Assembly (NCBI RefSeq): GCF_001194135.2
Contig: NC_068997.1
Location: 57,037,124-57,101,123 of the forward strand
Direction of reading: 5' to 3'
From: Octopus bimaculoides
Lineage: Eukaryota
DNA: 64,000 bases
Part shown: positions 52,209 through 64,000 of the stretch, piece after piece
Layout of the letters: the number at the start of each line of letters is the position of its first letter
How positions within the stretch are numbered: the first letter of the stretch is position 1
Notes under the pieces: generated by a model
Told to the model about the DNA's origin: nothing
Database searches by the model: none
What the model saw: only the letters and a program-made list of their open reading frames with translations
Translations under genes and position numbers: made by a program

Positions 52209-55200
52209 GTTCAGAGCAACAGGAGTAATTATTGACAACACAGTACCTCCAGGGTGTCAAATGATATTCATCTTAAATGGGTGGTTTTCTAACACAAACA
52301 GTTTTCTAAATTGAAGGTCAAACTATTTCTACATTATATATTTCTAGCTTCCAACCTGTTAATATTTATTTTACAAATCAGAAATTAATAACTCACAAGC
52401 CGCAGTGTATTAGAGAGACTGTAATTATCTTACACCTCATTAAATGTCTCCATTGTAAAATAATTACATTAAATTTAATTAGGAAATGCCAGCAATAATC
52501 TCGTATTGCAGCTAACTGCATAACTTCGTCGTACGTATTAGAGGCTCTCTCTTTTCCGCCCCTGGCATTCAATAGTCTCACCTTTCCCCCACTTCTCTTC
52601 ACTCTTTCCCCCACTTCTCCACTTCTCTTCGTCTCTCTCCTTCTCTCTATCTCTCTCTCTGAGATTTTATGTCGGTGTGTGTGTGCGTTCGAACTGTACA
52701 GACGTGTTATTTTCCCAAGCTGCTTGCCAGCAATTCTAACGCAAAGCCACGTACGTATCTCTCTTATTTTGAATTCCTGAATATTTTGGATATTTTCTTC
52801 TGTAAGAACATAATACTTTATCGAAAAATATTCGTAATTACACAATCTTTCTATTAACAAATACACACAAGTTTACACATCAATATTTTCAATATTTTGC
52901 CGGACACGAATATCTTCGTCTATTTCCATACAAAATTTCTCAAAACATTTCTTTATTTTATTTGCTGTTGTTTCCTATTTTCACTATTTTTACTCAAACT
53001 AAGGACAATCACCTTTGTCCATTTCAAACGAATGTGAAACCAAACTAAGGGTTCGCGAGTAGTGCCACAAGAACGATGACAACAATTGTAGGAAAAGAAA
53101 AGCACAGTACGGCAGGGGGTAAAATAATATTTTCTTGCAGCCTGCATTATTGTGAACGCAATTCCAACGGCACTATTAACCTTATTTAGGCCAGTTAATT
53201 TAAATGCTAAGGGCGTAGGCCAGGAATACAAGAAAATATTACATGGTAGCTGCTACTGAAAATATTCACTAAAGAATATACTGGAATTTATTACAAAGAT
53301 TTATTACAAAGATTTATTACAACGATCTGCATGTGTGGATATATGTATGGATGTGTATGATTATATTGCATTATTATGCTTTCTTCTGCCAACGTTGCAT
53401 TGCTGCTCTAGATTAGAGTTAGAATATTTTCTGAAGTAGCTAACGATTATTTTCTTGAGAAGAGCTGACATAATTTGAAACTCTTTACCATCTCCCCCAC
53501 AAGTCACAATTGATCCTGTATTTAACATTTACTGCAACACCACCCACGGTAGTTTGTCTTTCTTTTCATAAATATCTCCTTGTCTCAAGACATGCACTTC
53601 CAGTTTTGCTTAACATGGCTGCAAACAAAGTACATCCTACAGGAAATATAAGCTGGTGAATGAAGTAATAACTATTGTTTTGGTGGTGGTTATTTGGAGT
53701 GCTGGTTGACTTTGCCGTTATGTATTTCGCGGGTTAGATGGCTTTGTGGTTATATATTTGACTAGATGGTTGTCTGGTTAGCCGGCTGGCTACTTATGTG
53801 TTTGATTTCCAATGGCGGATCTGTTTTGACTATGAAATCAGAATATAAATGGTGTGAATGAATGGGAGAAAATAAATGCTGCTGTTCCAGTCGGTGGCTG
53901 GAAGGCAAAAGATACGAAATACCGTTTGTTTAAAGATTCTACAGCGGTAACAGTTTCATATTAGTAAGCATTTGATAATATGTAAAGGCAAAATAAAGTA
54001 ACGTTATATAACTATGTAAAGAAATAAACAAAAGATTCAGAACGCCCAATCCAATGTTCTTATAACACAAGGGCTCCTCCATAATCAGTCATTGTACAGG
54101 ACTATGTAAATTGTGTATGACAGAAAAATATATAATCTTTTTGAAGTCACATGAGCCAGGAGGCTACTTGAACTCGAGGACGGAAGCCGTGGGGAGTTGT
54201 CCAACATGTCAGAAATGTTTACTTCAAAACTGGAAAACCTAGCTATCAAGCGAAGGAAAACAACTCGCCCAGCCATAATGTTTCAGAGGAATATTTCTTC
54301 AACTAGCACCGGCGTTCTTGTGGTTTTGAAAATACACGCTTATAGCGTGCTAACCTGAGATTCGACACACTTGTCAAGAAACTGGATTCTGCAAATTCAT
54401 TTTGCCAATATAGTTGTGCAGTACCAATTGTGGATTGGTGTGTGTCACACAAGCGGAGTGTTCTCCATTCTCTTCTAATTGAAAATCTAGATTTACAAAC
54501 ATAAACCATACGTAGTTTGATAGCGGAGACTACTTTGCACAATGAATTACATCAACCTTTATTAATCTTTTTATAGCATTGCAAAGCTGCTTCTTTTTGG
54601 TAATGAAGTGTTAAATAACTATTTTTTTTTCTGTTATCCTTGATTGTAAAGCAAAAACAATGAGGCGCCATTCTTATTTTCAAAATTTTGCTAGGCGAAT
54701 TTTTACTAGTTTAGTTCGTTCATGCTCAAAAACTGCCTGACACTGGCAGCTTGATCACATCTAAAACGGCTGTTTCTTTTTGTTTTGTTTTACAATGTCT
54801 GATTTAATAAATACGTGTTTGCGTCTATGCGTGTCCAATTTTATACTTAGTGTGTACTGTTAAACTTTCACTTGTTAAATTGTGAATGCACTTCAAAGTG
54901 TATCTCTTATATTGCAATTATTCCGTTTTCTTTCCTTTTATTCTAAGTTTTATTTTAAATTTTGTTTTGTAGATTCGAAGATTAAAAGCCTAGTTTTTTT
55001 TCAAAGTAACCTAGTCAGTGCTACTCGCTCTGGTTACTCTCTACTAATGTCTCTCTCGAAGAAGTAGACATTTTGAGAACTGATGTAAATACATACAAAT
55101 TTCGAAACAAAAGTTTTTTAATTGAAAAAAAAACAGTAGAATTTAGAATAGACTTTCTGTCTCGCTCAGGTATTAAAGAAGACGTGAAGACTTTCAAATG

Positions 55201-55576
55201 TATTTGTTTGGAAAATAACAGTAGAAAGACTAATTTTTCATCTCAAAAACTTTAATAATATTAAAAATTAAAAAGTAACATGTATGCATTACCATTCATG
55301 ACAAATAAAATTGTTTGAAAGAAAGGTTAGGGGTTCAGGGCCGGAAATTTGGAAGGGAAGATTTAGTTGTTTACATAGTCTCATATCTCACTCAGTGCGT
55401 GACTGGTGCATTATTTCATTGGCTGGAAAACTAAAAGACGAAGAAGATTTGGGTTGTATATGAACTCGGAGCCGAGAAACAACAGCGGCTACCACTACTC
55501 CTCTACTATTATTTCTACTAATAGTATTACTATCACCACCACCACTACTACTACTAACAGCAACAACAACAATAGA

Positions 55577-55798
55577 CCTTTCTACTATAGTCACAAGGCT
55601 ATTTTGGGGAAAATTTGGGGGACGAAGCAAGTCGATTAAATCGACCACCAGTACTCAACTTGTACTTAATTTATCGACCCCGAAAGGATGAAAGGAAAAG
55701 TCGACCTCGGTGAAATTTGAACTCAGAGCGTAACGACAGACGAAATACCGCTAAGCATTTCGTCGGGCGTGTTAACTATTCTGCCAGCTCACCGCCTT
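55577..55798 (-). mobile_element. SINE family A, full-length copy
   Basis: tttctactatag...ttatcgaccccgaaaggatgaaagg.aaagtcgacctcgg.gaaatttgaactcagag...ctgccagctcaccgcctt. Confidence 0.92.
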
Positions 55799-55851
55799 GA
55801 TAACAATAACACTACTACTACTAGTAATAATAATAATAATAATAATAATAA

Positions 55852-56060
55852 AATCTTTCTACTATAGGCAGAAGGCCTGAAATTTGGGGACTAGTCGACT
55901 ATATCGATGCTATAGTTTCGCTGGTAATTAATTTACTGACCCCGAAAGGATAAAAGGCAAAGCCGACCTCGGTGGTATTTGAACTCAGAGCGTAGCAACA
56001 GACAAAAAACCGCTAAACAATTCGCCCGACATGCTAACGATTCTACCAGCTCGCTGCCAT
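55852..56060 (-). mobile_element. SINE family A, full-length copy (tandem with the previous one)
   Basis: atctttctactataggc..aaggcctgaaattt...gaccccgaaagga.aaaaggcaaagccgacctcgg...atgctaacgattct.ccagctcgc. Confidence 0.9.
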
Positions 56061-56091
56061 AATAGTAGTAGTAGTAATAATAATAATAATA

Positions 56092-56129
<38 letters not shown>

Positions 56130-56730
56130 GAAAAATTCTTGAGATTGTGAAAACTTATCAGACTTCCAGATAAAATTCTGGCCAACTAAATTATGTATGA
56201 GCTTAATGATGATGATGATGATGATGATGAGGATGATAAACATCAGCTTCTTGACGCATTTCTTAAAATGAAGGGTAATAAGTAAAAACAAATCAAATCA
56301 ATTGACTCTTTCCAGTGTCGTATTTGCCATTCTTTTCAACACGATCATTTCCTCCTCAACACATAAAAAGTATTTGAAGAAAAAAAACCACTTCATTAAG
56401 AAAAAGAGAAAAAAATGGTTTGAAATGAAATTCCATTTATTCTACTAATTCACACTCATCTTCTTAATGTCTTTCAGAACTGTGAGATTATTTATGCAAA
56501 CACGCACATATAAGTACTAGGGTTGTGTGTGTGTGTGTGTGGGCTTCATACTCTCTGTCACTGTTTTGTATATATATAAATATATATAAATATATATATA
56601 TATATATACATACATACACACACACACACACACACTCTCACTGTCTACCTTCTGTTTTCTCTCTTTCTCTCAGTCCCTCTCTCTCTCTATCTCTTTCTCT
56701 CAGTCCCTCTCTTTCTTTCTCTTTCTCTCC

Positions 56731-56778
<48 letters not shown>

Positions 56779-57800
56779 ACCAAAAGGAGAAAGTAGACAG
56801 GGAGAGAGAGAGAGAGAGATTATCATAGTAACATACTGCAGTGAGTGAAAGGGACAGCAGAAAAGGCAGCTATGTTCCATACAAGAATCGCTTCAAGTAT
56901 TTTGAATTAACATTTTTTTTAGTTCCCAAAGAAAAACTCATTGAAAAGGAAAGTATTTCCAGGGCTGTTTTGACAGTTCTTTAATGGCAGAAATCAAATA
57001 TGTAATACCTACTGATTTGTCAACGATCAATGAAGCTTACATACCAACAACTGAAATTTCATCTCAAACCGATTTCTCTTAAAAGGTGTTTTTTTCATAC
57101 ATTATTTTTCATTTATCTTTCAGTTTCTTGTTTGCAAACTGAAATGCATAAATCTCAGAGATTTTCCGTTCAAATCCTAAATACGTGAAAGCAAAATATT
57201 TTTTACTATTTTAGTTTTATATCAAAATTCAGAAAATTAGGAATTTTTAAATACAAATATGAATTCACACATGCCCGCGTGCGTATATATCTGCACACAT
57301 ATATACACTACATGTACACAGATAAACTATGTGTTTGTGTGAGTGAGTGAGTGTGTGTGTACGTTTGAAAATTTTATATTTAACATAGTAGTTATTTATA
57401 TATTCCAAAGAATGCTTTAGCATTAATTTATTGGTTAAACATTCTCAGGGTTTTTTTTCTATTTGATAGAAAATGATTTTTGCTCCAAATGCTGTGTAAG
57501 ATTTCAGTTTTATTTCTTGAATGATTCTGATCGGAAAACGTAGCCTTTTTTATGAAAACAGATCTTATAAGCCTGTAAATGAAAATGGTATTCCATATTT
57601 GTTAATTACGTTAATTAATTTCACCTAATATACTTGTTTCATTAATCCCCGTTCTTATTAAACTGATACGTTTCCACCTTGATATCACTAAGTACTCCTG
57701 TTTTATAACCTATGTTATCATCCTTCTCAATGTATAATTAATGTATATTAGGCGAAAATTCTAATGGAAAGTGCATTAGTTCAATCACACCTTACGAACG

Positions 57801-57850
<50 letters not shown>

Positions 57851-58855
57851 ATCCTTATGATAAAGATTCCTTGTTTAAAACGTCACAAACACTGGTGTTC
57901 AGAGTCTCCAAATTTCTTAATTCCATTTTCAGCAATACAGAATACTGTCCTGAAGTTTATATTTCATTCCTTTGAATATTCTTTACAAAATTGCTGAAAC
58001 TCCTTGTATCTGTTATATATGTCTGTGATATATAACTGTACGTTATACAGTTATAGGTACCATGTTTTAAATTAACCTTAATGTTTGTTTAATAATCTTC
58101 GATTTTAAATGTAGAGCATTAAACTTAAAAGTGCCTTTGACCTCGACTTTCATTAATGAATGCAGTGTTCTTTGGTAAGTAGTCATTATTCCTCATGTAG
58201 AATTTCGATTCTTTTTTCCGTTTTAGTCTGAATTAAATCATTTGGGATTTTTTCATAACTTTTATTTGGTAATATTCCTTGTTTTGCTTCTCACTTATTC
58301 TTGATTTGTTTCCATTTGAAATAAAATATTTTCTAGGACGATTGTTCCAAACTAAAATCTTCCTTTATTTTTAGTCGCTTTATATTATTCGTAAACATAT
58401 GTAAATGGTAAAATTATTTGGAGATGCATGATTTCGAGGCCATTTTGTCTTTATTGTGTAATGTTTTGATGAATAAATCATGCAAATGAATGCCAAACTA
58501 GGTACATTTTGTTTTACTGTAAATTCTTTATTCTAACCCCTCTACTAGAAAAACAGCAGAATTAGTTTTGTTATATTTTATTCTTGACTTGTAATTATAC
58601 ATTAATGGGTTTTTTCTAGAATTTCTTGAAATTTTCTTTTTGTCAAATATATTTCAATCCAACACTGTGTTTTCTGTAAAACTTGTTACCTTTTTTCTAC
58701 CTCAACTCTGAATCAATAAATTTCGTTATGTGTTTTTTGTTCTTCCATATTTCTCAAAATAAATACGGAGATAACATTGGCCATAATTTTGTGTAAATAT
58801 TGTTATTTAAACGTAGATGGATTATACTTATCTAATAGAATATATATATATATAC

Positions 58856-58898
<43 letters not shown>

Positions 58899-59525
58899 GC
58901 TGGTGGCCACAGCGAAGATCTTGCCAAGGACACATTGGGAACACCAGGTCCCAGTGCTGTCTTGGGGCTGTGGTGGAGGCTGAGGCAAACTGTTATGCCC
59001 TAACGATGATCTCGTTCTTCGTTTTTGATATTTTAAACTTTTTGACGGGATATTGCGTTTTCATTTCTTTTCGTATAAACTCTCAAATTTAACTTGAATA
59101 TGACGTCACTTTAGTAACGTCTATAATTTTGCCTTTAAGTTGTTAAATTGCTAATAAGCCACCCATATTATTAATAGGTTTCAAGTTCACTGTTTTTGAA
59201 ATCAGCACATGTTTTCAACGGTTTTTCTAATAAGTTGAGGTGAATAAAGGTTAATCCGAAGCACAGTCAGATCTGCTGACAAGAATTACGAAGCACTGCA
59301 TGAAAATTCGAAATCATGTGATGTGGCTTTATCTGCGACCGTAGGAAACTTTGTCTTCCTCGTCAGTTTATTAACATAGTGCTCTTGTGGCTAATGTGTT
59401 ATTTTGACACTTATTTCTAGCAATGCCTGTACCACTTTGTACCCTGTATAAACTTTAGTGACGTCCATAAATTTGCCTTCAGATTGTTAACATGCTAAGC
59501 CACCCATATTATATANNNNNNNNNN

Positions 59526-59573
<48 letters not shown>

Positions 59574-62074
59574 TATGAAAAGTGAACAGAAGGCTACTTT
59601 CGGTGTAGTTTGATATGTCCTTTCGCTTTCACAGTAATTCTATTGTGTAAGCCATTGTAGTTAATAGTCTTCTTCCTACCCCAGTACTTTTACAGTAACA
59701 TATATGCAACGATATTCTATCTACCTCCATAACGTTTTAACCATCTGGCTTATTTTTCAAAATTCCTGTATTGATTGAGACATTCATTTTTGAAATGGGT
59801 TATATCTTGTAGATAGGACGAATAAGTAAGCGCAATTATTTAGTATCACTTGGTAGATAAAAAAAAAGTTCAGTTTAATAAATTGAAATGTCGTACGTAA
59901 ACTCCAGCCAAAATGTCCGCCTAAAGATCAAAATCATAGAAAACTTCACATAAAATACAATACTTATCATAACCAGACACAAACTTAATACATGAATAAC
60001 ATTAGATAGTTAGATAAGTTGAAACTTTTGAGAGAGGCGTCTTTGGTGAAAGATCACCGAAACCATTTCTAGAATAAATAACCATTCACTAGAAACCATT
60101 AGTAAGTATATTTTTAATTTACCATAAACATACCATAAAGCTGATATAAAGTTATAAAAGAAGTTATAAATTTATTATATTAACTAATATATTTATATAT
60201 GATACATACATACATACATATTTATGCATGTATTTATGAATGAATGAATGTATGTGTGTGTATATACATACATATATATATATATAAATGTGTTATTTTA
60301 TACATATATAAATACGTGTTTTTTTGTTTAGATTTAAAATACAAGTATACATCTATATGTTAATTCCCCTCTATTATTGTATATGCACAGACACACGCGT
60401 CTATTATTTGTGTAGTTGCGTTCATTTATAAATGTATATATGTATGTGTACCTGTCAAAATATGTTTGAGCGTATATATTCATTTATATACGTACATATG
60501 TATACAAGTGCGTGTTTGTCTATCATTCTAATTATGCATATGTATATGAATACGCACACATACACACACACAAACACGCATAAAGTTTACGTACATATAA
60601 AGAACTGTACCAAAACACTAACAGAATTTCTTCAAGTTAATTTTTAACATTTCCTTTTCAAAAGCTTCAGCCAAATGAAATTTTTATTTATTTACATACA
60701 TTTGTGTGTGTGTGTGTGTGTGTGTGTACACGTATACGTGTATATGTACGTATAAGTATAAATAGTTATTCCAGTTCTGTTTTTCCTTGTTGTTGTTGTT
60801 AACATTGTTGTAGTTGTTTATGTTAGATTTATATTTATACTTTTCATTTTTTGACAGTATCCTTGCATCATTTCCTACATCAGAATGCAAATCAGCATCT
60901 ACTTGCAATAAAAGACATATTTAAACTATAAAATAATCTCCAGGGAATTACTAAGAGATTTAATGGCACATTTATCTGTCAAAAGCTATTGTTATCTACA
61001 ATACTACAACACACTTAGAAATTTGAAATTCACTTGAGGCAAATTTAATCTCTTTTGTTCTCTTTTCGCTTTGTCATATGCACAATAATTTGTATTTTCT
61101 ATATTTTTTTATCCATTATTCATATTAAAACACTCGTCGATAATCTTTCATCACTAATAGTGTCAAACCCTGTTGCCATGGATATATATAGAATTTTGTT
61201 TGTTATCTATATCTCCCTCTCTTTCTTGGTCCGGTAGTCTCCCTCCACTTTTCTCTCTCTCTCCCTCTTAAACGTCTTTCGCTACTCTATCTGCTTATCA
61301 GACGCACTTTATCTTCTTCCCTTACGTGTCTTGTATCGCTTTCGTTTTCTTTATCAAAAAATCAAATGTTCTGTCAAATCGATACACACGGACACGCACT
61401 CAGCAACGATTGTGTTAGTGTACAAAACCCTCACACATATATCAATGTATGCATGTACATATATATAAGTGTGTGTTTGTGAGTGAGAATGTGTGGGGGT
61501 CTGTACGTATATATATGTGTATGTATATCTGTATACATTCAAGCAAACCCACAAAAATGTATGTAGCTGTACTTTATATATATATATATATATATNNNNN
61601 NNNNNNNNNNNNNNNNNNNNNNNNNNNNNNNNNNNNNNNNNNNNNNNNNNNNNNNNNNNNNNNNNNNNNNNNNNNNNNNNNNNNNNNNNNNNNNNNNNNN
61701 NNNNNNNNNNNNNNNNNNNNNNNNNNNNNNNNNNNNNNNNNNNNNNNNNNNNNNNNNNNNNNNNNNNNNNNNNNNNNNNNNNNNNNNNNNNNNNNNNNNN
61801 NNNNNNNNNNNNNNNNNNNNNNNNNNNNNNNNNNNNNNNNNNNNNNNNNNNNNNNNNNNNNNNNNNNNNNNNNNNNNNNNNNNNNNNNNNNNNNNNNNNN
61901 NNNNNNNNNNNNNNNNNNNNNNNNNNNNNNNNNNNNNNNNNNNNNNNNNNNNNNNNNNNNNNNNNNNNNNNNNNNNNNNNNNNNNNNNNNNNNNNNNNNN
62001 NNNNNNNNNNNNNNNNNNNNNNNNNNNNNNNNNNNNNNNNNNNNNNNNNNNNNNNNNNNNNNNNNNNNNNNNNN

Positions 62075-62108
<34 letters not shown>

Positions 62109-62634
62109 TTACAGGATGCATTATCTTCCTTTCGTCAAATCTCCAACATTTTTTACACGCTGAGTTAATCAAATTATTTGTTTTGTCAACAAATGTTGTT
62201 AAAGAAAGTCTCCGATTCTAGTATCCGTTGGAAATTGCTGTTGTTAATGAAATGTTTGCTGACAAACAGACCCCAACATGTGTAAGCGGAATATAAGAAA
62301 GTCGAGCAGAAAATATCCGAGGTGTATTCTAGCTCACGGTGAATGGAATATTTTTTCCCCTTTACATGGTACTTCAGATACGTAATGAAATAATTTAAAA
62401 TACAAATTTTAGGCGATAACTATGAATTTCAGAAAGTCATTAGTGCAGTAGATGACCATAAAAAATACTGATGTAGATCTAATGCAGTCTGTGACTAGTG
62501 GGAGGATGGTATGTTCTGAAACCACAATTGGACCGACCAATGAGTATAAATTTAGAAGACGGAAACTGTGCGCAAACCTGTTGTCTATAGGTATATACCC
62601 GTGTTTGCGTACGTCTGTGTTGTATTTGTCTTTT

Positions 62635-62765
62635 ACTATCGTTTGACACTCGCTAAGTAAGCAGTTCGGCAAAAAAACCGATAGCATAAGTACAACACAT
62701 TAAAAAATAAGTCCTGGCATAGATTTGTTCGACTAAACCTCCACTGTCTGAAATAAATAAAGGAT
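62635..62765 (+). mobile_element. Fragment of a further SINE-like family (3' part)
   Basis: ttcggcaaaa..accgatag.ataagtac......aaa.aataagtcctgg...gatttgttcgactaaa. Recognised from memory of octopus repeats; single copy here. Confidence 0.5.
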
Positions 62766-64000
62766 AATAGATATATGTTTTTGAAGCATTTCATATGATT
62801 ACAATATTTTTGCCTCTAGTCATTGCTCTGGCAACCGCGCATTTTTTTCGTCTCTAACACATGCCTTCCATACCTCGTCCTATATTTTATCAACCCATCA
62901 GTTCTATATTGTCATCTCTAATTTCATTTATATTTCGTTTTCTAAGTTGTCAACTCGATATGTCATGAATATCTTTGCACGCCAACCGTAATTTCCTTCT
63001 ACTGATATTCGTCTTTTTTCTCACCAAGGGGTTTGTGTCATGTCTAGTATTTGTTCCCTTCTTCAAACATTGTGAAATATTCCAGTAAATTATAATTAAT
63101 GTCATCCATTTGTCATTTGCTTCATCTAGTTTGTTCACACGCCTAGAAAATGGTTTCACCGCCATCGACGTCTTAAACGTTTCTATTAATAATAATAATA
63201 ATAATAATGAGGATGCAAGGAAGAAGACTTATTTTTGTTATTATTATTATTATCATTATTATTATTATCATTATTATTATTATAGACGTCGTACAGTATA
63301 CGATATAGTGAGGTTGTTGATTGAATAAGTTGTCTCTACTTGGGGCTTGTACTGTTTGTCAAGCCACAACAAGGATCTCAGATAGACGCCACTTTACGCA
63401 ATATACGTGCAATTCCAAGTAATGCCGACTTTAGCAACACATCTAGATTGTGGGTGTATGTCCTTTCACTGGCTTTGTCTGGAGCAACTTCTGTATTTAA
63501 TCTGATAATTCCCGCCTTAAACACATAAATACACATACACCAACATATCCTCGCCTCATTTGTATGTTAACGCTAATAAATCTGAATTTGCTAAACATTA
63601 GCTTTTGATACCTCATGCTGAAGAACAAGTGTTTAGAGAGACATGCAAGTGTCTATGTGTAGAAGACGAGTATACCTGTAAAATGGAGTAGAAAGGTCTG
63701 AGCATCCAAGCTTCACGTGTATTTTAACATTCAATGTCTTTCATTTTACATATGAACAGGTGGACGGTGTGAAACCTGTATTGATCCGAAATCCTGCTGT
63801 TTTGTGTTCTTAAAGTCTATTTAGAAGAAAGTTTGGACAATTCAAGACTAACATCTTCACAGATATACTGTACGTTTTTCTTTATTTACCGTTAAACGTT
63901 TATATAGTTTGATCTGTAGTGTCTCTATATTTTGGTCGAATTTGTTAGCGTTTTGCGCTTGAAGACTTGTGAAAGTTTTAAGGATGAAGAAGTTACTTTC

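Noticed and set aside
53839-53950. Protein-like frame NINGVNEWEKINAAVPVGGWKAKDTKYRLFKDSTA
   Set aside because: Weak splice signals, short, no recognised family.
6113-62221. Long ORFs made of YIYI, HTHT, CVCV, SLSL, ERER, IIII or X runs (e.g. 8698-9393, 28122-29319, 61354-62221)
   Set aside because: They are translations of microsatellites and N-gaps, not genes.
63660-63940. Fragments resembling miR-10/miR-993 (tacctgta..., gatccgaa, cgaatttgt)
   Set aside because: Only scattered 8-9 nt matches; no intact mature sequence or hairpin.
1-64000. CRISPR arrays, prokaryotic operons, protocadherin/ZNF gene clusters, chemotactile receptor ORFs
   Set aside because: No repeat-spacer arrays and no long genuine ORFs; the sequence is eukaryotic repeat-rich non-coding DNA.

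Overview
AT-rich (roughly one-third GC by eye), repeat-dense eukaryotic non-coding DNA. It is most likely octopus: the dominant SINE families, (TA)n/(CA)n/(ATT)n microsatellite load and gap style resemble what I recall of Octopus bimaculoides-type scaffolds (inference, no search run). There are 12 N-gaps, most sitting inside microsatellites. I cannot support any intact protein-coding gene, tRNA, rRNA or known miRNA; almost all long ORFs in the track are translated microsatellites or N-runs. Supportable content is decayed transposons: a Tx1/L1-type ORF2 3' fragment, a small CR1/L2-like RT fragment, an RTE LINE with an inverted 5' part, a LINE-like 3' end with two C2H2 fingers, a deleted mariner, two Penelope-like ends, two MITE-like inverted-repeat elements and more than a dozen SINE copies or fragments of at least two families. 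The least ordinary observations are a near-perfect 63-bp-arm hairpin (19832-19967), the twin-priming-like RTE, an 88-bp inverted-repeat element with a hammerhead-like spacer, an RFX X-box match and a degenerate 18-bp repeat. I did not find convincing evidence of a new biological system. The window reads as intronic or intergenic, and small exons could have been missed.
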